64,000 bases of DNA, taken from NCBI GenBank assembly GCA_963837315.1, contig CAWINE010000013.1, positions 7,099 to 71,098 on the forward strand. Direction: 5' to 3'. This document shows, piece by piece, positions 48,666-58,990 of this stretch. The notes under the pieces were generated by a model, which saw only the letters and a list, made by a program, of their open reading frames with translations, did not search any database and was not told the origin of the DNA. The position numbers and the translations under genes were made by a program. The stretch's first letter is position 1; every line of letters starts with the position of its first letter. The stretch is from an uncultured Chloroflexia bacterium (GTDB taxonomy: Bacteria; Chloroflexota; Chloroflexia; QHBQ01; JADMIH01).

Positions 48666-50357
48666 TCAGATTTCCATCACGACGGGCAGCACCATCGGGC
48701 GACGCTTGGTCTGGTCATAGAGATACTGGCTTACAGTGTCGCGGATCTTCTTGTTGAGGTAGTTCCATTCTGGCGCGGTGGCACCATTCTGGTGGTTGAG
48801 GGCGAGTTTCACCCTGTCTTTGGTCTCATCGAGGAGCGCGCCCGCTTCGGCAGCATATACGAAGCCGCGAGTCACGATGTCGGGGCCTGCCACAAGCTGG
48901 CCGCTCTGCTTATCGATTGTTACCACCACCAGCAGCACGCCGTCACGCGCCAGCAACTGGCGGTCGCGGATCACCACGTGTCCCACGCCGCCCACGCTCA
49001 GGCCATCTACAAACACCTGGCCCGCGGGCACGCGACCTGTCACCTCGGCCATATCGGAGTTCATCTCCACGACGTAGCCGTTGTCCACCAGGAAGATATT
49101 GTCTCTGGGTATGCCCAGCCCTTGCGCCAACTTGGAGTACGTTACCAGGTGGCGCATCTCGCCATGGATGGGGGTGACGTAGCGCGGGCGCAGCAGGTTC
49201 AGCATCAGCTTGTGCTCTTCCTGGCTCGCATGGCCGGACACATGCACCTGCGCCACCGAGGTATAGATCACCTCCGCGCCCTTGGCGAACAGGTTGTTGA
49301 TCACACGGCCCACGCTCGTCTCGTTGCCGGGGATGGGCGTGGCCGACAGGATATAGGTGTCGCCAGGCTTGGCGGTCCAGTACCTGCTGTCGTCGTTGGC
49401 GATCCGCGAGAGAGCCGAAGTAGGCTCTCCCTGCGCCCCCGTGCAGATAACGAGCACCCGGTTATTGTGAAGATTGGCGGTCTCGGCCACATCCACGATC
49501 AGGCCGGGCGGTATGTTCAGATAACCAAGCTCGACTGCCACGCGCACGTTGTTTTCGAGGCTGCGGCCAAGCAGAGCAACCTTGCGGTCGTGCTTAGCGG
49601 CTATATCCATTATCTGCTGCACGCGCGATATGAGGGAGGCGAAGGTGGCAATGATAACGCGGCCCGGAGCGTCAGCGATGATGCGGGTGAGGGTTCTGCC
49701 CACCACTTGCTCGGAGGGCGTATAGCCAGGCGTCTCCACATGCACGCAGTCGGTGAAGAGGCCGAGCACGCCCTCGGCACCAAGGCGAGCCAGCGTCTCG
49801 TAGTCGGTCAGGTATCCGTCCACCGGGGTGGGGTCGAGCTTGAAGTCGCCCGTATGGACGATAGTGCCCAGGGGCGTGTGGATGGCGAGAAGGCAGGCAT
49901 CGGGTATCGAGTGGCAGACATGGACGAACTCCACGCGAAACGCGCCAAGCTCGACGATGTCGCCCGCCTGCACCACATTAAGGGTAGCCTCATCGAGCAG
50001 ATTGCGCTCTCGCAGCTTGTTCTTGATGAGGCCGATAGTGAGCGGGGTAGCATAAATCGGCGCGTTCACCTGCGGCAATAGCCAGGGTATGCCGCCGATA
50101 TGGTCTTCGTGGCCATGCGTGATGCAGATACCACGGATGCGGCTTTCCTTGCCTTCCAGGTACTTGAGATCGGGCAAGACCAGGTCCACGCCGAACATCT
50201 CTTCTTCAGGGAAGCCCATGCCCATATCAATCAGAATCATATCTTCGCCGTATTCAACTACGGCCATATTTTTGCCGACCTCGCCCAGGCCGCCGATAGG
50301 TATGAACCGTATCCGGTCCTCGGTCGGCTGGGGGTCTATAAATTCAGGGATTTGCAT
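48666..50357 (-). CDS. rnj: Ribonuclease J
   Basis: GGLGEVGKN, THGHEDHIG, HSIPD, HTGDFKLD, HVSGHA. Confidence 0.97.
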   Translation of the reverse strand: MQIPEFIDPQPTEDRIRFIPIGGLGEVGKNMAVVEYGEDMILIDMGMGFPEEEMFGVDLVLPDLKYLEGKESRIRGICITHGHEDHIGGIPWLLPQVNAPIYATPLTIGLIKNKLRERNLLDEATLNVVQAGDIVELGAFRVEFVHVCHSIPDACLLAIHTPLGTIVHTGDFKLDPTPVDGYLTDYETLARLGAEGVLGLFTDCVHVETPGYTPSEQVVGRTLTRIIADAPGRVIIATFASLISRVQQIMDIAAKHDRKVALLGRSLENNVRVAVELGYLNIPPGLIVDVAETANLHNNRVLVICTGAQGEPTSALSRIANDDSRYWTAKPGDTYILSATPIPGNETSVGRVINNLFAKGAEVIYTSVAQVHVSGHASQEEHKLMLNLLRPRYVTPIHGEMRHLVTYSKLAQGLGIPRDNIFLVDNGYVVEMNSDMAEVTGRVPAGQVFVDGLSVGGVGHVVIRDRQLLARDGVLLVVVTIDKQSGQLVAGPDIVTRGFVYAAEAGALLDETKDRVKLALNHQNGATAPEWNYLNKKIRDTVSQYLYDQTKRRPMVLPVVMEI

Positions 50358-50373
50358 TCTTTCCTTTGGTTAT

Positions 50374-50470
50374 CAGTTGTCAGTTGTCAGTTGTCAGTTG
50401 TCAGTAGACGATAGACAGTAAGCGGTTGTCGGTTGTCGGTTGTCGGTCTACTGACAACTGACAACTGACA
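50374..50470. repeat. Inverted (TTGTCAG)n / (CTGACAA)n heptamer pair
   Basis: Directly visible. Confidence 0.95.
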
Positions 50471-50471
50471 C

Positions 50472-51197
50472 CTACGCACCGATATGCGAAGAGATTTCGC
50501 TAAGAAGTGCCATGCGATTCTCTAGCCCGCCGTAGATTGGCAAATCGTTGCCGTGGGCTTGCTTGTGCAAGAACCTGACAACGGGATTGGCGATCTGGGG
50601 TGTGAGATCTTTGCGTACGGTGAGGAGCATCGTGTCAGGCTCGTCGTCCGGCGGCGTCTCTTCGTCTTCGTCTTTGCCCGTTTTGACTACGGGGGTATTC
50701 TCCTCTGTGTCGATTGATTTGCTTTTGCTATTGTCGCTATCGTCGTCGCCCAGGAAGAACCGGGCGATACGACCTTTGCGTCCTTTATCTTTGAATCCGG
50801 CTATATCAGCCCACGAATATGCGAGCCTGATACCGCCGATGGTGCTGTAAGTTATTCCCGCATCATCCGCGATAACGCGGCTATTAGCCTCTTCCAGGAG
50901 GGTCCATGCGACCACCGGGGCCACTACAAGTATGCCGAGCATCAGCAGGCCGGTCACCCATTCAACGCCCGAGATGCCGTCAGGCAGCATGGCGATGAGG
51001 CTCCAGAGAGCGAACACCCATATACTAATCACGCCCAGGAGCAGGATGATAGACTGCCTCCTGCCTTCTTTCGACATAGGGTAGGTGTGGGGCGCTACAA
51101 TTGCGGATTGCGGATTGCGGATTGCGGATTGCGGGCTTTCGATTGTTGAATCAGTAGATGCGGGGACTGCTACTGGTTCTGCTTCTGCGTTGGACAT
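50472..51197 (-). CDS. Hypothetical 2-TM protein with a PH-like soluble domain
   Basis: Two TM segments followed by GITY...W.DI; in-frame PQSAIRNPQSAI insert. Confidence 0.7.
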   Translation of the reverse strand: MSNAEAEPVAVPASTDSTIESPQSAIRNPQSAIVAPHTYPMSKEGRRQSIILLLGVISIWVFALWSLIAMLPDGISGVEWVTGLLMLGILVVAPVVAWTLLEEANSRVIADDAGITYSTIGGIRLAYSWADIAGFKDKGRKGRIARFFLGDDDSDNSKSKSIDTEENTPVVKTGKDEDEETPPDDEPDTMLLTVRKDLTPQIANPVVRFLHKQAHGNDLPIYGGLENRMALLSEISSHIGA

Positions 51198-51211
51198 AGA
51201 GTTTTATGATA

Positions 51212-52110
51212 TTACATGTCTAAGAAAGAAATCTGCTTGTAGTCTTCCTTTTTAGCGGCAGGTTTCTTCGGTCTGGCACTGGCCTTCCCGGCAGGAGTAG
51301 TTATCTCCTGCGTGTCTACCGGCGCTGGTTGGGGCGCGGGTGTTGTGTCTTCACTTACATTATACACGGTGGACGCTTCCTGCACGATAGAAGGCTCTTC
51401 TTGGTGAGCCAATATTTCAGGGCCAGGAGCCACCGATTTTTCGGATGGGCCAGGTTCGGCCACGTCTTCGGCGGTAGGAGGGGTGTCGGAGCCAGGATCT
51501 TACCCGCTTGCTCGATGTAAACCGGCAACAAGCGGAAATCGGAGCGGATCACGTCGGCCAGGCTCGCCTGGTGCAGTCCGGCGGCAGGGTGATACATTGC
51601 CACACAGAGCCGCCCGTCTACCATGCGGGCCGTGCCGTGTATCTGGCTGATCTTCTCGCCTGGGAAGAACTTCGCCATCGAATAGCGGCCCAGGGTCACA
51701 ATGATGCGCGGGTTGATGAGGGCGATTTGCCGCTCGAGGTATGGCGCGCAGGCGGCCATTTCGATAGGCTCGGGATCGCGGTTATTTGGCGGACGACATT
51801 TCACCACGTTCGTGATGAAGACCCCATCACGCGAGAGGCCCGCTATCGACAGAAGCTCGTTGAGGAACTGCCCTGCCGGGCCGACAAAAGGGCGGCCTTG
51901 CTTGTCTTCGTGGTAGCCGGGGCCTTCGCCGATGAGCATCACCTCGGCCTGGAAGCTGCCCTCACCCGGCACCGCCCTGGTGCGCGTCTTCGCGAGCTTG
52001 CATAGCTGGCAGACTTTAACCTGGGCCTCGATCTCCCTGAGGCCCGCCGCTGCAATCAGCGGCACCGCACGCCCACTTCTATTGCCGCTACTCGCCGCTC
52101 CCTCTGACAT
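51212..52110 (-). CDS. udg: Uracil-DNA glycosylase family 4 with a low-complexity tail (frameshift near 51470)
   Basis: CxxC, GEGPG..ED..G.PFVG, NVVKCRPP.NRDP, YHPAA. Confidence 0.93.
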
Positions 52111-52534
52111 ACCCGCACTCGCGAACCACGCCTTATAAGGCCAATATCCACGTCCATTCAATCTGATTCGATTATACGCCATGAGGAAATGGGTCGCAAG
52201 GAATCAAGTCCGCGTCGTGGGGCCGGTACATAAGTCGAGTTCCTGTCGACGCACATCTTGCCCTGTCATTCTGAACGCAGTGAAGAATTCGTCCCTCGTG
52301 TCTTCTGGTGTGGATTGACGCTAAAACAAGATGATCTGAAAAGCGAACGAAATTCTCGCTCAGTTGTGATCCGGTAAGTTCGTGGTAAGGAACTCGTAAG
52401 TTGGCAGACCCGGTGTCTGCCCTGGTTCGGATTTGAACTCGCGTGATAATCTGACGTCGAGTCAAGATGGGCAGACACTCGAGGTCATCTAGTTCACAAG
52501 GTAATTAGGTAGGCGGGCTAATCGTCATCGGCAG

Positions 52535-52751
52535 TTAATACCGCTGCATGGACTTACGAAGTAGCCTGACCAATGTACCAATCGTGATTATCAGACCAAC
52601 CATGGCATGCCCGCTATCAAGCATGCCAATCGAGGCGATCAGCAGGCCAGCGGTAAGCAGGTTTTGTAGACGAGTAGTAACGCAGCGATTTATCCACTCC
52701 TCGAGGATGGTCGCTGCTATCTCTTCTGCTATTACTTGCAGTTATTGACAC
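52535..52751 (-). CDS. Small putative membrane protein (frameshifted)
   Basis: AGGAGG RBS then GTG; QVIAEEIAATILEEWINR...LLTAGLLIASIG...LIITIGTLVRLL. Confidence 0.4.
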
Positions 52752-52973
52752 TCGTATATTTCCTCCTATAGACAGCTTGTCATAATGTTACACGCACTTG
52801 CCGATGACCGCCATAATAACAGGCATCAACCGGATACTCTTCCTATTATTTCATCGTATACGTATCAGCCTCTAGCCCACTGGTTCCGAATTGCTTCTGA
52901 ATTAGAATCCAGGGAACCTTTCACCATAGCACTTGCATACTATACTGTGAGGAACTCATTCGTGGAGGGGTGG

Positions 52974-53531
52974 ATGGAAGAAAGCAAGCTGATAATGCTC
53001 GCCCAAACAGGCGATAGGGACGCCTTTCGCCGGCTGGTCGAAACATACTCGGAGGTGGCGGGCCGCACCGCTCGGGTGCTGCTGGCCAATCGTGCCGATG
53101 CCGAGGACGCCGAGCAGGAGGCATGGCTGGACGCATGGAAGGCGTTACCCCGCTTCCAGGCGGAGCGCCCTTTCCGCCCGTGGCTGCTCGCAATCGTGGC
53201 GAACCGCTGCCGGATGAAGGCGCGGAAATACCAACCCATTACAGAGGCATTCAACGATGAGATTGGCGACCGTCTGGTCGCCCCCAGCCTCGAAGACCGA
53301 TACGATGAAGAGCTTGAATGCGCACTCGGCAAGCTGGACGCGGACCAGAGAAAAGTGCTGGCATTGCGCTTTTACGCGGACTTGCAGCTTGACGAGATAG
53401 CCGAGCTTATAGAGGTGCCGCATCGGCACCGTGAAATCGCGCTTACACAGGGCAATCGCCGCTTTGAGAACAAGCCTCACAGAAAAGAGCCTGGCAAGGA
53501 AGGCGAAGGAGTAGACAGATGGACCACATAG
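52974..53531 (+). CDS. ECF sigma-70 factor (region 4 frameshifted)
   Basis: GD..AF..LV, DAED..QE.W, F.PWL..I..N, EIAE. Confidence 0.9.
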   Translation: MEESKLIMLAQTGDRDAFRRLVETYSEVAGRTARVLLANRADAEDAEQEAWLDAWKALPRFQAERPFRPWLLAIVANRCRMKARKYQPITEAFNDEIGDRLVAPSLEDRYDEELECALGKLDADQRKVLALRFYADLQLDEIAELIEVPHRHREIALTQGNRRFENKPHRKEPGKEGEGVDRWTT

Positions 53532-55473
53532 AGCAGACAGATAACGAGCCGGAAATCGATATCGAGATGGAGCACAGGCTCCAGGCACACTTTGCCGCCC
53601 AATACGGCAGCCCACGCAAGGCAGGCGAGCTATGGCAGGCTATCTCGGCGCAACTTGGCGAGCAGGATGTGCCCGCTTCCGCACAGGTTGCCGCGAGCTT
53701 GAACGGCGCATACAAAGGAGGAGAACAGAAGGTTGGCGAGATGCATGAATTGCTCAGGCCGGCGCAAGCAAGGCCGCAAGCACCGCCCAGGCGGCGATGG
53801 GCCATCTGGAATCCCGCGATAGCAGCGACGCTCGTGCTGACTCTAGGTGGCCTTTTGGTAATTATGCTAACCGTCGCCAATGGCACTCATTTAGGCCTAC
53901 CATTTCCTGTAACATCAGTGCCAACATCTACAACAATTGCAGGGTCCCCTATCCAGGCGCTGAGCGAAATTACAATCACAAATCCAGGCTTCGAAGATGG
54001 TCTAAGCGGCTGGGGCTACGGCTCGACAGCATTCGTTGGCGCCGCCATTGATAACACCACGGCCCACAGCGGCAAGTCGAGCATCACAATGCAGATTAGC
54101 GATCCCAGCATCGGCAGCATTCCTATAAACCAGGGAATCGATGCCTCAAAGCTACGGGGCGAGAGGGTGCGCCTTTCCGCATACATCAAGACGAAGGATA
54201 CTCGCTACGCCGGGCTTTGGATGCGCGTTGACGCTGCGTTACAGGCGGGCAGCACATATCCGCGAGTGCTCACTTTCGACAATATGTTGGACCGTCCGGT
54301 AGTGGCACCAACAATTGGCAGCGCGAAGAAGTTGTGCTGGATGTGCCTGCCGAGGCCAATAAACTTACGTTTGGTGCGCTGCTGATAGGTACAGGCCAGG
54401 TGTGGGCAGACGATTTCAAGCTGGAGGTAGTGAGCAAAGATGTGCCCAGCACCGATATATTGAGCGTCTCCCAGCCGGGCAATATGGACTTTGAAAACGG
54501 GCAAGCACGACATTGGTTCCCGAGCGGCGCGGTATATCCAATACTATCAGGCCGGCATCGATAGCCAGATGTCGCACGGCGGCAGCGCCAGCGGCTACAT
54601 CAATTCAACGACCGCCGCGAGCGACCAGCAATGCGGGTTGACCCAGACTTTATACGCGCCAGGACTACGCCGGTAAGCGGGTGCGCTTTACCGCCTATCT
54701 AAAGACTGACAATGTCGAAGGATGGGCAGGTCTTGAGATGGAAGCGGTAAGCGCCTTCGGCAATTATTCTTCACAGGATCGGATGGAACGGAGGCCCGTC
54801 TACGGAACTACGGACTGGCAAAAGTACGAGATCGTTCTTGATGTTCCGGCGGATAGCAGGACTATAATGTTCGGGGCTCACCTCGAGGGCAGAGGCGAAA
54901 TCTGGATAGACGACGCGCAGCTTGAGGTGGTGGGCAACGATGTGCCTGTGACAACCTTCCCAGCGCTCGATACAGCAAGCAACCTGGGCTTCGAGAATGC
55001 GCTGGACGGCTGGTACCTCGATAGCAACGCGCCACACTCCTTCCAAATCGGCACAAACCCAAGCACGGCGCACAGCGGAAACCAGGGCGCTTATATCAAA
55101 GTGGCCGGGGACGACCGATGACCATCTGGAGGGCGGCATCGTCCAGAATATCAGCGCACAGCCCTACCTGGGCAAGAGGATACGCCTCACCGGCTATATA
55201 AACGCCGGCCAGGTGGTGGATAGAGCGCGTCTATGGCTGAAGATACTGACCCCGCAGGCGCAGGACACCGGTTATCTCGAACAATATACTTACGTTATTA
55301 AAGGGCTGGGCGGCTACCAGGGCGGCTGGACGAAGAGCCAGGTGGAGATGGACGTGCCTACCACCGCGACCGATATCTCCTTCGGCGTCAGGATGACAGG
55401 GCCGGGAGAAGTGTGGGCGGACGATTTGCAAATAGAGGTCGTGCCGAACGTGACCCCCACGCCGACCCGATAA
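53519..55473 (+). CDS. Anti-sigma-like membrane protein with three tandem CBM/galactose-binding-like domains (several frameshifts)
   Basis: One TM segment; three repeats N.gFE...W...HSG...G.R.R...Y...W......DVP......FG....G.G.vW.DD..LEVV. Confidence 0.78.
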
Positions 55474-55485
55474 CTTGTGACTTCA

Positions 55486-55528
55486 TCACAAACAAAAGCG
55501 GCCCTATCGAGGCCGCTTTTGTTTGTGA
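55486..55528. terminator. Bidirectional terminator
   Basis: tcacaaacaaaagcggcc-ctatcga-ggccgcttttgtttgtga. Confidence 0.85.
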
Positions 55529-55529
55529 G

Positions 55530-56552
55530 CTATACTCTCGCCCGCCAGTAATCCAGCAAGTCGCGCAGGGTTTGCTCGTAGGGGATAACGGCCTGCCAGC
55601 CTGTGGCTTCCTTGAACTTGGAGCAGTCGGCCCAGAGGATTTTAACGTCCGAGGGGCGCAGGCGGGTGGGGTCCACGTGCACTTTCACGTCTATCTTCGT
55701 CAGGCTGAGCAGTTGGTCCAGCACTTCCTGCATCGAGCGGGTGTTCTCTGAGCCGATGTTATAAACTTCGCCGGGAGTGCATTTTTCGAGCAGCATCCAA
55801 TAGCCGCGCACCATATCGCGCACGTCGGTGAAGTCGCGCTTGCTGCTCAGTTCGCCCACGTAGATAACAGGCTCCTGCAGGCCCTTCTCGATGAGGGCAA
55901 TCTGGCGAGCGAACGATGAATTGACGAAGTTCTCGCCCCGGCGCGGGCCGCTATGGTTGAAGCCGCGCGATGTGATGGTCTTGAGGCCATAGCTCTGGTG
56001 GTACTGGTAGGCGAGCATCTCCTGGGTCACCTTGCTCACCGCGTAGGGCGACAGAGGGCGGAGCGGGTTCGACTCTTTCATAGGCACTTCGTCGGGATAG
56101 ACCATGCCGTACTCTTCCGAGGAGCCCGCGATCTGGATTAGCGGGTCGATACCGGCCTGGCGCACAGCCTCGAAGAGGTTGAGCTGGCCCAGAATGTTGT
56201 CTTCGAGGGTGGCGGCGGGCGCATTCCAGGAGGTAGGCACGTGGCTCTGCGCGGCCAGGTGGAAGATGCGGTCCGGGCGAACCGCGCCGACCAGCTTGTG
56301 CGTGCTGAAGGCATCGAGCAGGTCACAGTCAATAATGTTGATCTTCCCGGGATCAAGCGCTTTCTCCAGGGTGTCAATGTTGGAGACCCCCGGCTCGATC
56401 ATCTTCAACTTCTCGGCCACGTGGGCGAGATGGTCCAGGCGGCTGCGGCGGCGATATATGCCGTATATCTCTACCTCAGGGTGCTCCGCCATCAGGTAAT
56501 CCATCAGATGGCTGCCAGCGAAGCCCGTGATACCCGTAATCAGAACTCTCAA
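55530..56552 (-). CDS. GDP-mannose 4,6-dehydratase / GDP-6-deoxy-hexulose reductase-like extended SDR
   Basis: GITGFAG, HLAAQSHV, SSEEYG, YAVSK, FNHSGPRR. Confidence 0.9.
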   Translation of the reverse strand: MRVLITGITGFAGSHLMDYLMAEHPEVEIYGIYRRRSRLDHLAHVAEKLKMIEPGVSNIDTLEKALDPGKINIIDCDLLDAFSTHKLVGAVRPDRIFHLAAQSHVPTSWNAPAATLEDNILGQLNLFEAVRQAGIDPLIQIAGSSEEYGMVYPDEVPMKESNPLRPLSPYAVSKVTQEMLAYQYHQSYGLKTITSRGFNHSGPRRGENFVNSSFARQIALIEKGLQEPVIYVGELSSKRDFTDVRDMVRGYWMLLEKCTPGEVYNIGSENTRSMQEVLDQLLSLTKIDVKVHVDPTRLRPSDVKILWADCSKFKEATGWQAVIPYEQTLRDLLDYWRARV

Positions 56553-56724
56553 AAGGCCCTCCAGATTTTGTTCACATTATTATAGGGTATAAATGAAGAA
56601 GGGGCAAAGCGGATTGCGGATTGCGGATTGCAGGATTGCGGATTGCATTAGTCTTTGTTAGGCTTTCATTCCATGTGCTACAATCTTTAGAACGTGCTAA
56701 CAGCAATCCGGTCGCAAAGTCACG

Positions 56725-57534
56725 ATGAATAAGCAATCCGCAATCCACAATCCGCAATCCGCAATTGGAACGTCCGCGATTCAACTTGTCTTCATTCATG
56801 GGGCGGGCTCAAATAGCGATTTCTGGTACTGGCAGCGCCCGGCCTTTCCGCAAGGGCACTATCTCGATCTGCCGGGTCACGGCAGCAATCCGCAATCCGC
56901 AATCCGCAATCCGCAATTGGAACGTCCGCAATTCGCAAGGGGCTTACGCTGATTGGGTTGAAAAGTACGTCGAGACTGCCGGGCTTAGCGACGTGGTGCT
57001 GAACGGGCATTCGATGGGCGGGGCGATCGCCCTCATCCTCGCGTTGAGACGGCCTGCATGGCTTCGCGCACTGGTCCTGACCGGCACGGGGGCACGACTG
57101 CGTGTGTCACCGGCGTTGCTTGAGCTGCTGCGGATTGATTATAAGGCGGCTGTTGACGCTATCGTGGAGGCGAGCTTCGCGCCGGCAAACGGGCCTCTTA
57201 CCTACGCTCAGAAAGTGAGGCGGAACGGCACTCGCCGCCAGCTTTTGCGCACACCGCAGCAAGTAACTCTGTCGGACTACGAGGCATGCGACCAATTCGA
57301 TATCAAGGAGCGGTGCGCGAGATCAGCCTGCCCGCCCTGTGCATCGTAGGCGCGGAGGATGCCATGACCCCGGTGAAATACAGCGACTATCTGCGCACCG
57401 CGATGCGTGGCTCGCGTCTTGAGGTAATAGAGGAGGCAGGGCACATGCTGCCTCTTGAGAGGCCCGACGAGTATAACCGCAAGATTAGAGAATTCCTGAG
57501 CAGCCTGGCTGAGAGCAAGAATGAACACCAGTAA
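56725..57534 (+). CDS. Alpha/beta hydrolase with two AATCCGC arrays (frameshifted)
   Basis: FIHGAG, DLPGHG, GHSMGG, G..D..TP, AGHM. Confidence 0.85.
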
Positions 57535-58150
57535 TGAACACCAGTGAAGAGGAATCCGCAGAATTACGGCAGGTAGTTGCGTTTATGGCCGGCTTTGTTC
57601 GCCCCTGGTTTGTGGCCGGAGGCTGGGCACTCGACCTCTACCTGGGACGAAAATCAAGAGAGCACGAAGACGTGGATGTCGCCATTTTCCGCTCCGACCA
57701 GCTTGCGATGCAGGACTACCTGACAGGCTGGCATCTTCAGAAGGTCAGGGAGAGAAAGCTTGAGGAGTGGCGACCCGGCGAATGGCTGGCGTTACCAATA
57801 CACGAGATTCACGTCCGCCGCGAAGTTGGCGATCCAAAGAAGTTGGAGATACTTTTGGATCAGCGCGACGCTAATATATGGCGATACCGCAAAAATCTCC
57901 AGGTTACGAGGCCGGTTGAAAAGATGGCAATGCACACAGCATCGGCATACCCTATCTTGCCCCGGAAGTGGCCTTACTCTATAAAGCCTCCTCCCGCCTT
58001 TTAGCCTGTCCGCAACCCGGCGCTGCCCGGGAGAAAGACCAGGGCGACTTCGAAAGTGCACTGCCGTGCCTGGATACCGAGCGGCGCTGGTGGCTGAAGC
58101 TGGCTATCGAAGTATGCTACCCAGGTCACCCGTGGCTGACGAAACTCTGA
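57534..58150 (+). CDS. ANT(2'')/Lnu-like nucleotidyltransferase family protein (frameshifted)
   Basis: W.VAGGWALDL.LG...REH.DVD; PE..LLYKA; KD..DF; HPW. Confidence 0.85.
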
Positions 58151-58183
58151 ATGCCTGATAGACAAAGGAGATAGACAAACAGA

Positions 58184-58990
58184 ATGGACACAGCAGAGAA
58201 AACATCTAAACAAACAGCGCTCATCACAGGAGCATCAGGTGGCATCGGGCTTGAGCTAACCAAGCTACTTGCGCGAGAGGGCTATAAGCTTGTGCTGGTG
58301 GCTCGCAACGAGGGCAGGCTGCAGGGATTGAAAGCCGAGCTTGAGAAGCGGAGGGGCGTGTCGGTGAGGGTGATCCCGAAGGATCTCTCCGATCCCGGCG
58401 CACCAAAGGAAATCTATGACGAGCTTGACCGCGATGGAGTGCAGATTGATGTGCTGGTGAACAACGCCGGTTACGCCCTCTTCGGCCCCTTCGTCGAGAG
58501 CGACGAAAAAGAAGTGCTGGCGATGCTCCAGGTGAACATCGTGGCCCTCACCCAACTGACGAGGCTGTTCCTACCAGGCATGGTGAAACATGGGCATGGG
58601 CGAGTGTTGAACGTGGCATCCACCGCCGCCTTCCTACCTGGCCCGCTCATGGCAATATATTACGCGAGCAAAGCATACGTGCTGTCGTTCAGCGAGGCCA
58701 TCGCCAATGAAGTGAAGGGCACGGGCGTAACCGTCACGGCCCTATGCCCGGGCTCCACAGAAACAGGCTTCCAGAAGCGCGCCAATATGGAGGATTCGAA
58801 GCTGGTGAGCGGCAAGCGTCTCATGGAACCGTCCACGGTCGCGCGAGCGGGCTACAAGGCGATGATGGCCGGCAAGGCGGTCGAGGTGCCCGGCCTGGGG
58901 AACAAAATGGTCCCGCTGATGGCCAGGCTCTCTCCGCGCAGCCTCGTGCCCATGGTTGTGAGGCGGAGCCAGGAGAGGAGTAAGACGTGA
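58184..58990 (+). CDS. Short-chain dehydrogenase/reductase
   Basis: TGASGGIG, NNAG, YYASK. Confidence 0.95.
   Translation: MDTAEKTSKQTALITGASGGIGLELTKLLAREGYKLVLVARNEGRLQGLKAELEKRRGVSVRVIPKDLSDPGAPKEIYDELDRDGVQIDVLVNNAGYALFGPFVESDEKEVLAMLQVNIVALTQLTRLFLPGMVKHGHGRVLNVASTAAFLPGPLMAIYYASKAYVLSFSEAIANEVKGTGVTVTALCPGSTETGFQKRANMEDSKLVSGKRLMEPSTVARAGYKAMMAGKAVEVPGLGNKMVPLMARLSPRSLVPMVVRRSQERSKT

Noticed and set aside
48471-50081. 536-aa plus-strand ORF, and similar long antisense ORFs at 59756 and 25901
   Set aside because: They fully overlap rnj, rhomboid/HIT or the acidic gene on the opposite strand, as expected from high-GC codon bias
57521-57545. ATGAACACCAGT duplication at a gene junction
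   Set aside because: One short tandem duplication, compatible with slippage or an assembly artefact; no further structure
449-58150. Many frameshifted genes interpreted as pseudogenes or programmed frameshifts
   Set aside because: They affect essential genes such as glyQS, occur window-wide with both halves well conserved, and show no slippery-site pattern; long-read indel errors are the simplest explanation
57534-58150. Acquired aminoglycoside resistance gene
   Set aside because: Only family-level nucleotidyltransferase motifs, a chromosomal context and no mobile element; resistance cannot be inferred
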